Positions 28,507 through 39,094 are shown, numbered from the stretch's first letter. The stretch is 64,000 nt of DNA from an uncultured Clostridium sp. (GCA_948470565.1 CAOKPF010000004.1:220-64219), one strand, 5' to 3'. The notes: a model not told the origin generated them from the sequence alone. Made by a program: numbers and translations.

Positions 28507-29952
28507 ATGAAAAATATTATTAATAGTAAAAATAATAAATTCAATAGTAATATAGTTAGTATAATAGTAGTTGTTATAGCAATATTTAATTATATATATT
28601 TAGTAAAAATTGGGTATATTAAAGAAGTGTGGATTGATAAAATTACAAATCCACCAAATATATTTTCAGATTATGTAGATAATTATTATAGGCAAACATA
28701 TGCTTTTGCAAATGGTAGCCTATATTTTTTAGAACCTACTGCTAATTTACAAAATTTAAAAAATCCATATAGTTATGAAGAAAGAACAAATGCTGGTATT
28801 TTTTATCTATATGATACTAGCTATTATAATGGAAGATATTATTCTTACTATACAGTAATACCTATATTTTTTATATTGTTACCACTATATTTTATTACAG
28901 GAAAATTTTTAAATTTAGCTATTGTAAATTTGTTTATACTTATGTTAGCAATTCTGTTTATAGGTAAATTATATAAATTAGTAGTTGATAACTATATAGG
29001 AAAAATTTCACGTAAGTTATATATTTTTTGTTTTTTAGCCATTATTTTTAGTTGTAATATATTTCTTTTGATGAGAGGTTTAAAATATGATATACCAATT
29101 TCATGTGGTATATTATTTATAACATTAACACTTTACTTTGTATTAGCAACATGTAATAATAAAAATATTAAATTAAAAATGTTTTTTGCAGGGATTTGTA
29201 TGGCATTTATTGTGTGCTCGAAACCAACATATATAGTCTATTATGTGTTAATAGCATATATTTTATTAAAATTATTAAGAAATAATAGTATAAATATAAA
29301 AGATATAATCTTTTTAGTGATACCATGTATTGTTATTGGAATATTTCAGATGCTATACAATTATGTAAGATATGACTCTGTTTTTGAATTTGGAGCTAAA
29401 TATAATTTGACAGAAATAAATATGATTGAATATATGGGATTTTCCTGGAGTAAATTATTAAGAGGATTTAAATTTTATTTATTTAAACTTCCATGCATTG
29501 ATATTACTAGGTTTCCATATATATTTATGAATTTATATAGTGATAATGATATACATTCTGAAATTTTATATGAAAATAGATATGTTGGAATGATTATTTT
29601 TCCAATAATTGTATTAGGTTTGATACTTAATCTTACAGTAGGAAAAAATCATAAAGAATTAAAAGAAATAATTACAGTGCAAAGAGTTTTATACATCATT
29701 TTCTTAATATTAGTAGTTATAAATACTACTTTTGCTGGTGTATCAGAAACGTATAGTCTTGATATAAAGTATTTATTAGTTTTTAGTAGTGTAATATTAT
29801 TTTTAAAATATATTAGTGTACAACCTAATAATACTATACTAAAATTTACTATTATATTAGTATGTATTATTAATATAGCTATTATTTTGCCAATTTCATA
29901 TAGTGGCGAAGGACAGATATTTTTAAATTTAATTGAAAAAATAAGTATATAG
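28507..29952 (+). CDS. Large polytopic membrane protein (possible lipid-linked glycosyltransferase)
   Basis: 481 aa with more than 10 hydrophobic helices and a Tyr-rich external loop near the N-terminus. Adjacent to uppP. No firm motif. Confidence 0.4.
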   Translation: MKNIINSKNNKFNSNIVSIIVVVIAIFNYIYLVKIGYIKEVWIDKITNPPNIFSDYVDNYYRQTYAFANGSLYFLEPTANLQNLKNPYSYEERTNAGIFYLYDTSYYNGRYYSYYTVIPIFFILLPLYFITGKFLNLAIVNLFILMLAILFIGKLYKLVVDNYIGKISRKLYIFCFLAIIFSCNIFLLMRGLKYDIPISCGILFITLTLYFVLATCNNKNIKLKMFFAGICMAFIVCSKPTYIVYYVLIAYILLKLLRNNSINIKDIIFLVIPCIVIGIFQMLYNYVRYDSVFEFGAKYNLTEINMIEYMGFSWSKLLRGFKFYLFKLPCIDITRFPYIFMNLYSDNDIHSEILYENRYVGMIIFPIIVLGLILNLTVGKNHKELKEIITVQRVLYIIFLILVVINTTFAGVSETYSLDIKYLLVFSSVILFLKYISVQPNNTILKFTIILVCIINIAIILPISYSGEGQIFLNLIEKISI

Positions 29953-29978
29953 GGGAGTAAAAGTAACAGGAGAAACAT

Positions 29979-32168
29979 ATGAAAAAAATATCAATACCAA
30001 TAATAATTATTATAACTATATCTTTGTGTATTATATATAGTTATATTGGTAAAACTGATTATATAGAGTATAAAACAATAGGAGATGAAGATATAAATAA
30101 CTTTACTGTTTATGATAAGGCTATTATTGAACAAGAATTTTTTATTCCATATAGTAAATTTTATGGAGTAGGCTTTTATTTAGTATCAGAGAACATAGAA
30201 GAAAATATAAATTTAAGCGTAACTATTATTGATAAAACAGATAACAGGATAATTTTAGAAAAAGTGATTAATCCAAAAGATAATAATGAAACAAATGAAT
30301 ATAGAGTAAGAAGTAATAAGGGTATAAAAGTTGATACATCACATAAGTTTTCTATTGTGATTAAACCTGATCAAAGTATTAATAGTACAATACAACTTTT
30401 AGCTACTCATAAAATAGAAGAAAATCATATGTTATATTATAATAATGAAATTAAACCTAGTTGTTTATTACTTAATATATATGGTGGTGAAACTAAAGGC
30501 TTTTTTATGATATTTGCAATAGGATTTGGAATATATATTATATTGCTTATAAGTTATATAGTTTTTTTACATAAATCAAATGAGGATATAAGAAGTAACA
30601 CTATTGTACAAGTTGGAATAATCTTTTTAATATTTTTTTTGATGATGCTTCCTTTTTCCAAAATTAAGTCGTTTGTAGACGAAGATGATTATATAATAGG
30701 TGGAATGCTAATGCTTGATGGAAAAGTACTTTATAAAGATTATATAGTTCAACATATGCCAGGTTTATATATTATAACTATGTGTTTTTCTGCTTTAAGG
30801 GCTACTTCTATTACACAATTTAGAATATATTTTTATATTTTAAATGCAATACTTTATTGTATTATATATATAAGGAATAAGGATAAGATAGGTGCAAAAA
30901 AACTATTTATTTGTATTCTTACTTTAATTGCATTTAAACAAGTATATTCAAAGTATACTCTTATGGTTATTGCAGATAATTTACAGGTTATTTGTATGTT
31001 AATGTTATTTTTAGAATTTTATAGCTATTTAAAAGATAATATAATTGATTTAAAAAGAATAATTATAATTTCAATGTGTATTTTTTTTGGAGTAAATATG
31101 ACATTTTTATGTATATATCAAATTTTCGCTATATTTATAGGATTTTGTATTAACGAGGTAATTTATTTAAGGAAATTAAAAAAAGTATCTTTTAACATTA
31201 TAAGTAATAGATATTTAAAATTAATAGGCATATGTATTTTACCTTTTTTGTCATTAGTTATATATTTCTTAGTAAATGATAATTTTAAAGAATTTTATAT
31301 ACAAGCATATAGATTTAATAGGGAAATATATAGCAATTATAACGTATATAATAGCTATCCAAATTTTGGTAGGAGTATAATTCAACCATTTTATACAGGA
31401 GTACTAAATTTTATATGTATTATACCAACTATGATTTTAAATATATTTAGATTAGATAATGTATTTTTATCTTTAGTAAAAATAATAGTAGTGTTATATT
31501 TCGTAATTACAGAAATAAAGCTTATAAAATTAAAAAAATATTTAGAAACAGTTATAAATATGCTTTTTGTATGGCTTTGTATGTCAAGAACAAGCGAAGA
31601 ATTTCATGCTTTTTTGGCATGGGCTTCGATGTTAATTATAGTTCTTATTAATACAAATCAGTTAAACGTTAAACTGCGTTTAGAAAAAGTATATTTAAAA
31701 AAATGTATATTAAATTTGTCAAAAAGTCCAATTTTGTTATTGTTAATACTTATTTTATCAAAGTACATTTTTAATTATGTGCAATTTACTTTGATAAAAG
31801 ATAAAATAATTACAAAAACTTGTGAAGAGGTAATTTCCCTTACTAAAGAGGGGGAGGAAATATTTTATGATATTAATACAACACGTGAAGAGGCAGTATA
31901 TTTTATGTATAAAAATAGAAAACTTGGAAATAGTGTACCATATATATTTCCTTGGTTTATGGATTGGTATGAAGAATATCTAGTAGAAGAATTAATTCAA
32001 AAGAAACCCAGTATTGTTGTATATGATGAAACAATTGAAGATACAGTAGGAGTATTTGGTGCTAGAATAACAGGATATGCAAATTTTTTCCAAGATAAAC
32101 TTAATAAAAATTATGATAATTTAGAGGATTTTAGAGTATGGAAATTAAAAGATCTTTCTAAAAAGTAA
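29979..32168 (+). CDS. Large polytopic membrane protein with N- and C-terminal soluble domains (YfhO/GT-C-like architecture, tentative)
   Basis: 729 aa. One TM, a ~150-aa ectodomain, a block of more than 10 TM helices, then a ~130-aa C-terminal soluble domain. SD AGGAGAA. Confidence 0.4.
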   Translation: MKKISIPIIIIITISLCIIYSYIGKTDYIEYKTIGDEDINNFTVYDKAIIEQEFFIPYSKFYGVGFYLVSENIEENINLSVTIIDKTDNRIILEKVINPKDNNETNEYRVRSNKGIKVDTSHKFSIVIKPDQSINSTIQLLATHKIEENHMLYYNNEIKPSCLLLNIYGGETKGFFMIFAIGFGIYIILLISYIVFLHKSNEDIRSNTIVQVGIIFLIFFLMMLPFSKIKSFVDEDDYIIGGMLMLDGKVLYKDYIVQHMPGLYIITMCFSALRATSITQFRIYFYILNAILYCIIYIRNKDKIGAKKLFICILTLIAFKQVYSKYTLMVIADNLQVICMLMLFLEFYSYLKDNIIDLKRIIIISMCIFFGVNMTFLCIYQIFAIFIGFCINEVIYLRKLKKVSFNIISNRYLKLIGICILPFLSLVIYFLVNDNFKEFYIQAYRFNREIYSNYNVYNSYPNFGRSIIQPFYTGVLNFICIIPTMILNIFRLDNVFLSLVKIIVVLYFVITEIKLIKLKKYLETVINMLFVWLCMSRTSEEFHAFLAWASMLIIVLINTNQLNVKLRLEKVYLKKCILNLSKSPILLLLILILSKYIFNYVQFTLIKDKIITKTCEEVISLTKEGEEIFYDINTTREEAVYFMYKNRKLGNSVPYIFPWFMDWYEEYLVEELIQKKPSIVVYDETIEDTVGVFGARITGYANFFQDKLNKNYDNLEDFRVWKLKDLSKK

Positions 32169-32204
32169 GATTATAAAAAATAGTTTAAATAAAATAATTA
32201 TACA

Positions 32205-32235
32205 AAAAACGCTAGAAAATATTTTAGCGTTTTTT
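32205..32235. terminator. Hairpin terminator between convergent genes
   Basis: AAAAACGCTA...TAGCGTTTTT with flanking A and T runs. Confidence 0.7.
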
Positions 32236-32296
32236 TACAAATAAAAAAGAGCATTTAGATAAATATTTATTTCTAAAAACTCTGTTTATTAATATA

Positions 32297-32551
32297 TTAT
32301 TTTGCAAGCATTTTTGCTAAGTGAGCTTTTTTTCTAGCAGCAGTATTTTTAGCAAGAACACCTTTTGACCAAGCTTTATCTACAAAACTAACAGCTTCTT
32401 TGAATAATTCTTCTTTATTATTGCTATTTTCTTTAACAGCTTTTTCAAATGATTTTATAGCTTCTTTATAAGCTTTTTTTGTAGCTTTATTTTGAAGAGT
32501 TTTTGCTTCAATTACTTTTATTCTTTTTTTGGCTGACTTTATATTTGCCAT
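32297..32551 (-). CDS. rpsT: 30S ribosomal protein S20
   Basis: [13 protein letters not shown]... is the canonical S20 N-terminus. SD AGGGAGGTG upstream. The ORF-track start (MQLM) was trimmed to the ATG at the complement of 32549-32551. Confidence 0.95.
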   Translation of the reverse strand: MANIKSAKKRIKVIEAKTLQNKATKKAYKEAIKSFEKAVKENSNNKEELFKEAVSFVDKAWSKGVLAKNTAARKKAHLAKMLAK

Positions 32552-32839
32552 GAGTTGCACCTCCCTTTAGTCATCTCATTATTACTTAGATATTTTAACA
32601 TATAAATTTGTAAAAATCAAGATGTAAATTTAAAATAGTACATATTTGATTAATTTTAATGTTACTGTCAACACGGGTTTTAAACACTTTTTAATACTTA
32701 AAAATCTGAAAAGAATTGAAAATGCTTAATTTTTTTGTCAAATTTTCCTTTTAAAATTCATACATATATCAATAATTTATCTTTTTTATTATAAGTTTGA
32801 TGATTTGGATAATTATCAAACTTATAATAAAGAAATTAC

Positions 32840-33818
32840 TTAATTTAAACTATCTTTTATGGCATTAGCAACTATATTTGCTAATCTAACTGGGACTGCA
32901 TTTCCCACCATTTTATACCCATCTGCTACATCTGTATAATAAAATTTGAAACTATCTGGAAATGTTTGAATTCTAGCACATTCTCTTACCGTTAATCTTC
33001 TATATAAATTCTCTTTTCCCTTTACAAACTCTCTTTTATTTTTTTCTACAAATGTCATTTTAGGTGCTTGCGGATGTATTGGTGCATGTCTACCACCAGC
33101 TTGTATTGTAAATGATGGTTCATCCCAACTTCTAACACGATTTCTTGACATATATATGGTAGAGAATCCACCTGTCAGATATTCATTATTAGGAAACTTA
33201 CAATATACACCATTGGTTTTATTTTTTTCTAATGCTGGTATAGCAGTATATTGTAAATCTCCAATTGCATCTTTTAAGTTTATTTTTTTCCCTAATGGTT
33301 TTGGAAATTTAAAGTCAATATCTAAATCATCTCTAAAACCTATATAAAATACCCTTTTTCTATCTTGTGGTACACCATAATCAGCAGCATTTACCAAATA
33401 TAGATTAACATTATATCCAGTTTCTTTAAACATCTTTATAAAATTTTGAACTGCAGTTTTATGTTTTTCTGCTAGCATTCCTGATACATTCTCTGCTACA
33501 AAGAATTTAGGCTTCTTATCATTTAAAATTTTAATAAATTCATAGAATAGTTTTCCTCTATCATCTTCTATACCTTTACATGCTCCTGCTTCACTCCAAC
33601 TTTGACATGGAGGACCACCGAATTATTCCATCGCATTCTGGTATTTCATTTAGTGGTATTTTTCTTATATCTCTTTTATCTAAATAATTGTTATGATTCT
33701 TTTCATATGTCTCCCAAATTGATTTGTCAAATTCATTTGCCCATTTTATTTCAAATCCTGCTTTTTCAAATCCCAAATCTAATCCCCCAGCTCCAGAAAA
33801 AAGACTAATAACTTTCAT
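32840..33818 (-). pseudogene. C5 cytosine DNA methyltransferase, M.HaeIII-like, with one extra base just before motif IV
   Basis: Motif [15 protein letters not shown]. The frame then breaks at CDGII|RWSS*. Removing the base at 33620 gives [17 protein letters not shown] (motif IV), ENV (VI), [11 protein letters not shown] (VIII), [13 protein letters not shown] and GNAVP (X) as one ~325-aa frame. Collinear with my recollection of M.HaeIII (GGCC). Confidence 0.85.
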
Positions 33819-33827
33819 GTTTCCTCC

Positions 33828-34593
33828 TTATTTACTATATGTTATTATATATGCTCCATTTAGTATTTCTGGATTATCAGGATCTTTAATTTTTATTTTT
33901 GCCATAGTTAACTCATTGTTATTTGCAAAATCTTCAAATTCTCTTCGATCTTCCTTACTAAAATTTGCATATTTTTCCTCATTTATAATTGCAAAAAAAT
34001 TGAAATCTTTTTCTAAATTTTTTCATATACATATTTAAAAACTGTCCATGGATTTTCTATTCCCCACATACCACGAACTCTTAAATATGTTATTCCTAAT
34101 GGATCAACCTTATTAACTCTTCCTAATTCTTTTGTTTCTGAAAATTCAACTCCATGTATAGCTTCAACTCCATCTTTAATGAAAAGCTACAATTCTTTTA
34201 CTTAATTTTGTAGAAATTACATTATATGTTTTTATCATATCTTTTTTTATATATTCATTATGTTTAAATATTTTCATCTTATTGTTTTTATTTTTAAAAA
34301 ATGCTGTTACCTGTGTGCAATCTGTATTTTGCAGAATATTTGACTTTCGCTTTTGTTTATGTAACAACTTAAAATCAAATTCATTGATTGATATACTGCA
34401 AATATTTCAATTCAGTAGAATTTTTTATTTCAATTATACTTTTCTTAGAATATGACTTTAAAATTTTATTTTCTGACATTATTATAATTGAATATGTTGC
34501 AACACTATTTTGATTGTCAAAGTTAGCATCTGTGTGTATATTATGCTTTTTTTTGCTTTTTAATATAGCATCACTCAACTCTTGTTTTTTCAA
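33828..34593 (-). pseudogene. Shredded gene directly upstream of the methyltransferase (candidate cognate restriction endonuclease remnant)
   Basis: At least four same-strand fragments in different frames: MKKQELSDAILKSKKKHNIHTDANFDNQ...; ..KQKRKSNILQNTDCTQV...; [55 protein letters not shown]; [32 protein letters not shown]...AYIITYSK*. The last stop is 9 nt before the methylase ATG. The function is inferred from position only. Confidence 0.4.
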
Positions 34594-34637
34594 ATTATAT
34601 AATACTTTTTCAAATTATATAATACTTTTTCAAATTT
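34591..34637. repeat. 20-bp tandem duplication (2.3 copies)
   Basis: CAAATTATATAATACTTTTT at 34591 and 34611, then a partial CAAATTT at 34631. Sits at the 5' edge of the decayed gene. Confidence 0.85.
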
Positions 34638-35082
34638 GTCAAACATTTGTTTTTTGCTTTTTGAAAAAACTTTCCTCTAATTAATTAGGCTTACAGGTCT
34701 TGTATAAAAAACTCTAATAACATATTTCCGATTATATTGATATAAATCTCATTTCAATGTTTCAAAACAAATAAGGTAACCTATATATTTTCCAGCTATT
34801 TCAGGCTATATGTTTGCTTTCCATTTAGTATACATACGGAACCATTCTCATGTAAATATACTTTCGCAATATAAACTACTGCTTTGGTCTTTTTTATTCC
34901 AAAATTCTATATATCTTATTTTATAAATGTTGTACTTTTTATATTGCAAATCTACAGATAATAATAATGTATATATATATTAAAATTTTTTAATATATAT
35001 TTTTTAAATTATTTTTTATAAAGAATTAAATTTCTACATTTTTTTCAATAATCATGTAGTATAATATAGTAGAGGTGGTTAT

Positions 35083-35406
35083 ATGAAATATAGTTATGAG
35101 GATGGAAGTTTGAGTATTAATTTAGAGGAAGAATTAGATATGAAGTCATGTAAGGTATTAAGGACAATAATAGATGGATATATAATGAAATATCAACCAA
35201 AAAAATTTATTATAGATTTGAGTAATGTTAGATTTATGGATAGTAGTGGTATAGGTTTAATTGTTGGAAGATATAATCTAATAAAATTTATGGATTCTAA
35301 AATGGTTATACTAAACCCTACTAATAGTATAAAAAGGGTACTTGAATTATCTAATATAGCAAATAATATTGAGATGAGGAGTGTAGAATATGAAGAGAAA
35401 AAATAA
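35083..35406 (+). CDS. spoIIAA: Anti-sigma factor antagonist (STAS domain, SpoIIAA/RsbV family)
   Basis: 107 aa. FMDSSGIGLIVGRY contains the phosphorylatable Ser in a DSSG context. SD GAGGTGG. Confidence 0.8.
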   Translation: MKYSYEDGSLSINLEEELDMKSCKVLRTIIDGYIMKYQPKKFIIDLSNVRFMDSSGIGLIVGRYNLIKFMDSKMVILNPTNSIKRVLELSNIANNIEMRSVEYEEKK

Positions 35407-35842
35407 TATTAAGATGAATATTCTTGCAACATTAGATAATGTATCAGTAGTAAGGGTAGCTGTATCTTCGTTTGTTTCAAATTTAGATATAACAGTAGAT
35501 GAATTAATGGATATAAAGACGGCAGTATCAGAAGCAGTTACAAACTCTATTGAACATGCTTATAGTAATGAGGAACTAGAAAATAGAGTTGAATTTGAAG
35601 CTAATATATATGAGGAAAACGATGCAATTGTTGAAGTTATAATATCTGATAACGGTTGTGGTATAGATGATATAGAACTTGCTACAACTCCAGCGTATAC
35701 TTCTAAACCTGAATTAGAACATGCTGGAATGGGATTTACTATAATGGAAACTTTTATGGATGAAATTGTGATAAATTCTAGTAAAGGTGCAGGTACTGTT
35801 ATTACGATGAAAAAGAAAATTAAAAAAAAGAAATCAAAATAA
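35390..35842 (+). CDS. spoIIAB: Anti-sigma factor / serine protein kinase (SpoIIAB/RsbW family)
   Basis: GHKL ATPase motifs EAVTNSIEHAY (N-box), DNGCGIDD (G1), GMGFTIM (G2). Overlaps the antagonist gene by 17 nt. Confidence 0.8.
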   Translation: MKRKNNIKMNILATLDNVSVVRVAVSSFVSNLDITVDELMDIKTAVSEAVTNSIEHAYSNEELENRVEFEANIYEENDAIVEVIISDNGCGIDDIELATTPAYTSKPELEHAGMGFTIMETFMDEIVINSSKGAGTVITMKKKIKKKKSK

Positions 35843-35909
35843 AATACTAATATGATAAAGGCTTAAAGTATAAATTTTAAATTAGAATACCGATAAAAAA
35901 CTCTCCTTT

Positions 35910-35940
35910 AAGGCAATCGATAGATTGTCTTTTCTGTTGT
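35910..35940 (+). terminator. Rho-independent terminator after the anti-sigma gene
   Basis: AAGGCAATC-gata-GATTGTCTT (9 bp with one G-U pair) followed by a T-rich tail. Confidence 0.6.
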
Positions 35941-36320
35941 TATATAATGAGATTTATTAAGGTTTATGTAAAATAACAATACAGAAAATATTTTAGATAA
36001 TAAATATGATTATATTAGTAAAAATTAAATTTTAAGAAATTTACCTTTCTAATTACTAAAAATATGTAAGTATATTTAAAATGTTCTACAAAAAATACTT
36101 TACAAAGTTAATAGAATTATTGGATCTGGAAGTGGTTTGCAACTATCTTGTGTTTTTTTACAAAAAATATAAAACAAGTAGCCCTATATTTTTATCTATT
36201 TTTTGTCTAGTTTTGTCGAATAAAGTCAAATAGTGTATATTTTTATTATTTTACTTTATTTTTTTGACTTATTATGGTATAATTTAGATATAAGTATTAA
36301 TTGTTTTTAAGGAGAAAAAA

Positions 36321-37643
36321 ATGAATTTGGGATTAGTTACACTTGGATGTAGCAAAAATCAAGTGGATAGTGAAATGTTGCTTGGTATTTTTAAGAATAA
36401 TGGATATACAATAGTAAGTGAACCAGATAATGCTGATATAATTGTTGTAAATACGTGTGGTTTTATAGAGTCAGCAAAAAAGGAAGCTATTGATACAATA
36501 TTGGAAATGGCTGATTATAAAGTAAATGGAATGTGCAAATATTTAATAGTAACTGGATGTCTTGCAAAAAGATACAAAAAAGATATTTTAGATACTATGC
36601 CAGAAGTAGATCTTTGTATCGGCGTAGATGAATATTGTAAAATTAGTGAAATTTTATCTGACTTTTTTAATAAAAAATTCTTAAATAATAGTTTTAATTT
36701 TAAACATAGGATAATTTCAACAAAATTTCCAAGTACATATATTAGGATTTCAGATGGTTGCGATAATAGATGTAGTTATTGTGCTATTCCATTAATTAGA
36801 GGTGATTTTAAAAGTAGACCAATGGAGGAAATTTTGGAAGAAGTTAAACTTTTATCCAGTCAAGGAATTAGTGAATTTAATATTATTTCTCAAGATACGA
36901 CAAGATATGGTTTAGATTTATATAACAAACTAAAACTTTCAGAATTATTACATAAAATTACTCAAATTCCAGGAGTAAAATGGGTAAGAGTTTTGTATAT
37001 GTATATTTATGAAATAACAGATGAATTAATAGAAGAGATAAAAGTAAATGATAAAATTAGCAAATATTTTGATATACCTATTCAACATATCAATGATAGG
37101 TTATTAAAATTAATGAATAGGCATGATACAAAAGACCAAATATTAGATGTAATTTCTAAGATAAGAAAAAATATACCAAATGTAATTTTAAGAACTACAT
37201 TAATAACGGGATTTCCTAGTGAAACAGATGTGGAATTTGAGGAATTAAAGCAATATGTTAAGAAATTAAAGTTTGATAGATTAGGAGCATTTACTTATTC
37301 AAGAGAGGAGGATACCAAGTCTTATTCTATGAATAATCAAATAGATGAGAAAGTAAAAACTAAGAGATTAAAAGAAATATTTGAGCTTCAAAAAGTTATA
37401 TCACTTGATGCAAATACCAAAAGAGTAGGTAATGTCGAAGAGGTTTTAGTAGAAGATGTATCATCAGATAATAAATATTTTGTTTGTAGGAGTATAAAGG
37501 AAGCGCCAGATGTAGATGGAAAAATATATGTAAGAATAACAAAAAATAGTGCAAGTAAATTAGTAATTTCAGATTATGCGTTTGTAAAAATTACAGGTTG
37601 TAATGAATATGATTTATTTGCAAGATGTGTAAAGGGGGAATAA
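36321..37643 (+). CDS. rimO: Ribosomal protein S12 methylthiotransferase
   Basis: MTTase N-domain (LGCSKNQVDSE), radical-SAM CDNRCSYCAIP, C-terminal TRAM domain. The ~440-aa size favours RimO over MiaB. Confidence 0.85.
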   Translation: MNLGLVTLGCSKNQVDSEMLLGIFKNNGYTIVSEPDNADIIVVNTCGFIESAKKEAIDTILEMADYKVNGMCKYLIVTGCLAKRYKKDILDTMPEVDLCIGVDEYCKISEILSDFFNKKFLNNSFNFKHRIISTKFPSTYIRISDGCDNRCSYCAIPLIRGDFKSRPMEEILEEVKLLSSQGISEFNIISQDTTRYGLDLYNKLKLSELLHKITQIPGVKWVRVLYMYIYEITDELIEEIKVNDKISKYFDIPIQHINDRLLKLMNRHDTKDQILDVISKIRKNIPNVILRTTLITGFPSETDVEFEELKQYVKKLKFDRLGAFTYSREEDTKSYSMNNQIDEKVKTKRLKEIFELQKVISLDANTKRVGNVEEVLVEDVSSDNKYFVCRSIKEAPDVDGKIYVRITKNSASKLVISDYAFVKITGCNEYDLFARCVKGE

Positions 37644-37645
37644 AA

Positions 37646-38950
37646 ATGTACACAAAGGAAAATTTAAAAAAATCAACATTAACAGAATTAAGGAGTATAG
37701 CAGAGGAGCTAAAGCTTGATGGATATGAAAGATTAAAAAAGGAGTATTTAGTAGAAGAAATTATAAATAGTTTAGAGGGGTCAAATCAGATACAAGAAAA
37801 AGTTGATATACAAATTGAAAATCCTGAAACAGATTATATTGCAAGTGGTATTTTAGAGGTTATGCCAGATGGGTATGGTTTTTTAAGAAGTGATAATTAT
37901 TTACCAGGTAACAAGGATATATATGTATCACAGTTACAAATTAGAAGATTTAGACTTTCAACTGGAGATATGCTAAAAGGAATTGCAAGATTTACAACTG
38001 ATCCTCAAAACAAATTTCCATCATTAATATATATAGAAAGTATAAATGAAGATAGAGTAGAGATTGCTTTAAAAAGACGTTCTTTTGATAGTTTAATTCC
38101 AATATATCCTACAGAGAGATTAAAACTAGAAATAGAACCTAAGGAATTTTCAACTAGGATTATTGATATACTTGCACCTATTGGAAAAGGTCAACGTGGT
38201 CTTATTGTAGCTCAACCTAAAGCTGGTAAGACTACTATGTTAAAAAAGATTGCAAATAGTATTTTAAAAAATAATCCAGAAGTATATCTTATGGTATTGC
38301 TAATTGACGAAAGACCAGAGGAGGTAACTGATATTGAAAGATCTATTGATGCTGAGGTAATTCATTCAACTTTTGATGAGTCTCCTGAACATCATATAAA
38401 AGTATCAAAGATGGTATTAGAAAGAGCAAAAAGATTAGTTGAACATAATAAAGAAGTTGTAATACTTGTTGATAGTTTGACAAGACTTACTAGGGCTAAT
38501 AACCTTACTGTTGATCCAAGTGGTAGGACTTTATCTGGTGGACTTGATCCTGCAAGCCTTCATTTTCCAAAAAAATTATTTGGTGCTGCTAGAAATATTG
38601 AGAATGGTGGAAGCTTAACAATACTTGCTACAATACTTGCTGATACTGGTAGTAGAATGGATGATATAATTTTTGAAGAGTTTAAAGGAACAGGTAATAT
38701 GGAATTACATCTTGATAGAAAACTATCAGAAAGAAGAATATTTCCATCAATTGATATTCATAAATCTGGAACTAGAAGAGAGGATTTACTTCTTAATAAA
38801 GAGGAACTTGAATGTAGTACTTATATGAGAAGACTGATGGCTCAAAGTAATAATATAGAAATTGTGGAAAAAATAATTAATATTATCACTAAAACCAAAT
38901 CTAATGAAGAGTTTGTAAATGTATTTTTAGAAAATGTAAAAAAGAAGTAA
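37646..38950 (+). CDS. rho: Transcription termination factor Rho
   Basis: Start at ATG 37646 (SD AAGGGGGAA). N-terminal Rho_N ([12 protein letters not shown]), a cold-shock-like RNA-binding domain ([14 protein letters not shown]), Walker [17 protein letters not shown], and LIDERPEEV. Confidence 0.95.
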   Translation: MYTKENLKKSTLTELRSIAEELKLDGYERLKKEYLVEEIINSLEGSNQIQEKVDIQIENPETDYIASGILEVMPDGYGFLRSDNYLPGNKDIYVSQLQIRRFRLSTGDMLKGIARFTTDPQNKFPSLIYIESINEDRVEIALKRRSFDSLIPIYPTERLKLEIEPKEFSTRIIDILAPIGKGQRGLIVAQPKAGKTTMLKKIANSILKNNPEVYLMVLLIDERPEEVTDIERSIDAEVIHSTFDESPEHHIKVSKMVLERAKRLVEHNKEVVILVDSLTRLTRANNLTVDPSGRTLSGGLDPASLHFPKKLFGAARNIENGGSLTILATILADTGSRMDDIIFEEFKGTGNMELHLDRKLSERRIFPSIDIHKSGTRREDLLLNKEELECSTYMRRLMAQSNNIEIVEKIINIITKTKSNEEFVNVFLENVKKK

Positions 38951-39021
38951 ATTATAAAAAATATAATATTAGTTAATTTATAAAAAAATAATATGTAATA
39001 AATAATAGTATTTATAAATAA

Positions 39022-39059
39022 AAACGACTATATGATAGAAATATATATAGTTGTTTTTT
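39022..39059 (+). terminator. Rho-independent terminator downstream of rho
   Basis: AAACGACTATAT...ATATAGTTGTTT (one G-U pair) followed by TTTTTT. Confidence 0.7.
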
Positions 39060-39094
39060 CTTTTTATATCTTTTGAATAAAATTATATATTCTT

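Noticed and set aside
12653-33620. Programmed ribosomal frameshifting as an explanation for the split genes
   Set aside because: No slippery heptamer or downstream structure is present at the sites. The affected families are not known to use recoding. Mutation or sequencing error is the simpler explanation.
33602-34038. Plus-strand ORFs (68 and 104 aa) over the methyltransferase N-terminus and upstream remnant
   Set aside because: The opposite strand encodes clear methyltransferase motifs. The plus-strand products are low-complexity with no SD.
34591-34637. Possible CRISPR-like or iteron repeat
   Set aside because: There are only 2.3 directly abutting copies of a 20-mer, with no spacers and no cas genes. 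It is best explained as a simple tandem duplication.
35843-36320. Search for a hidden or decayed sigF/sigB gene after the anti-sigma kinase
   Set aside because: No ORF fragment with sigma-70 region 2 or 4 motifs was found in any frame by eye. The region reads as terminator plus AT-rich promoter DNA.
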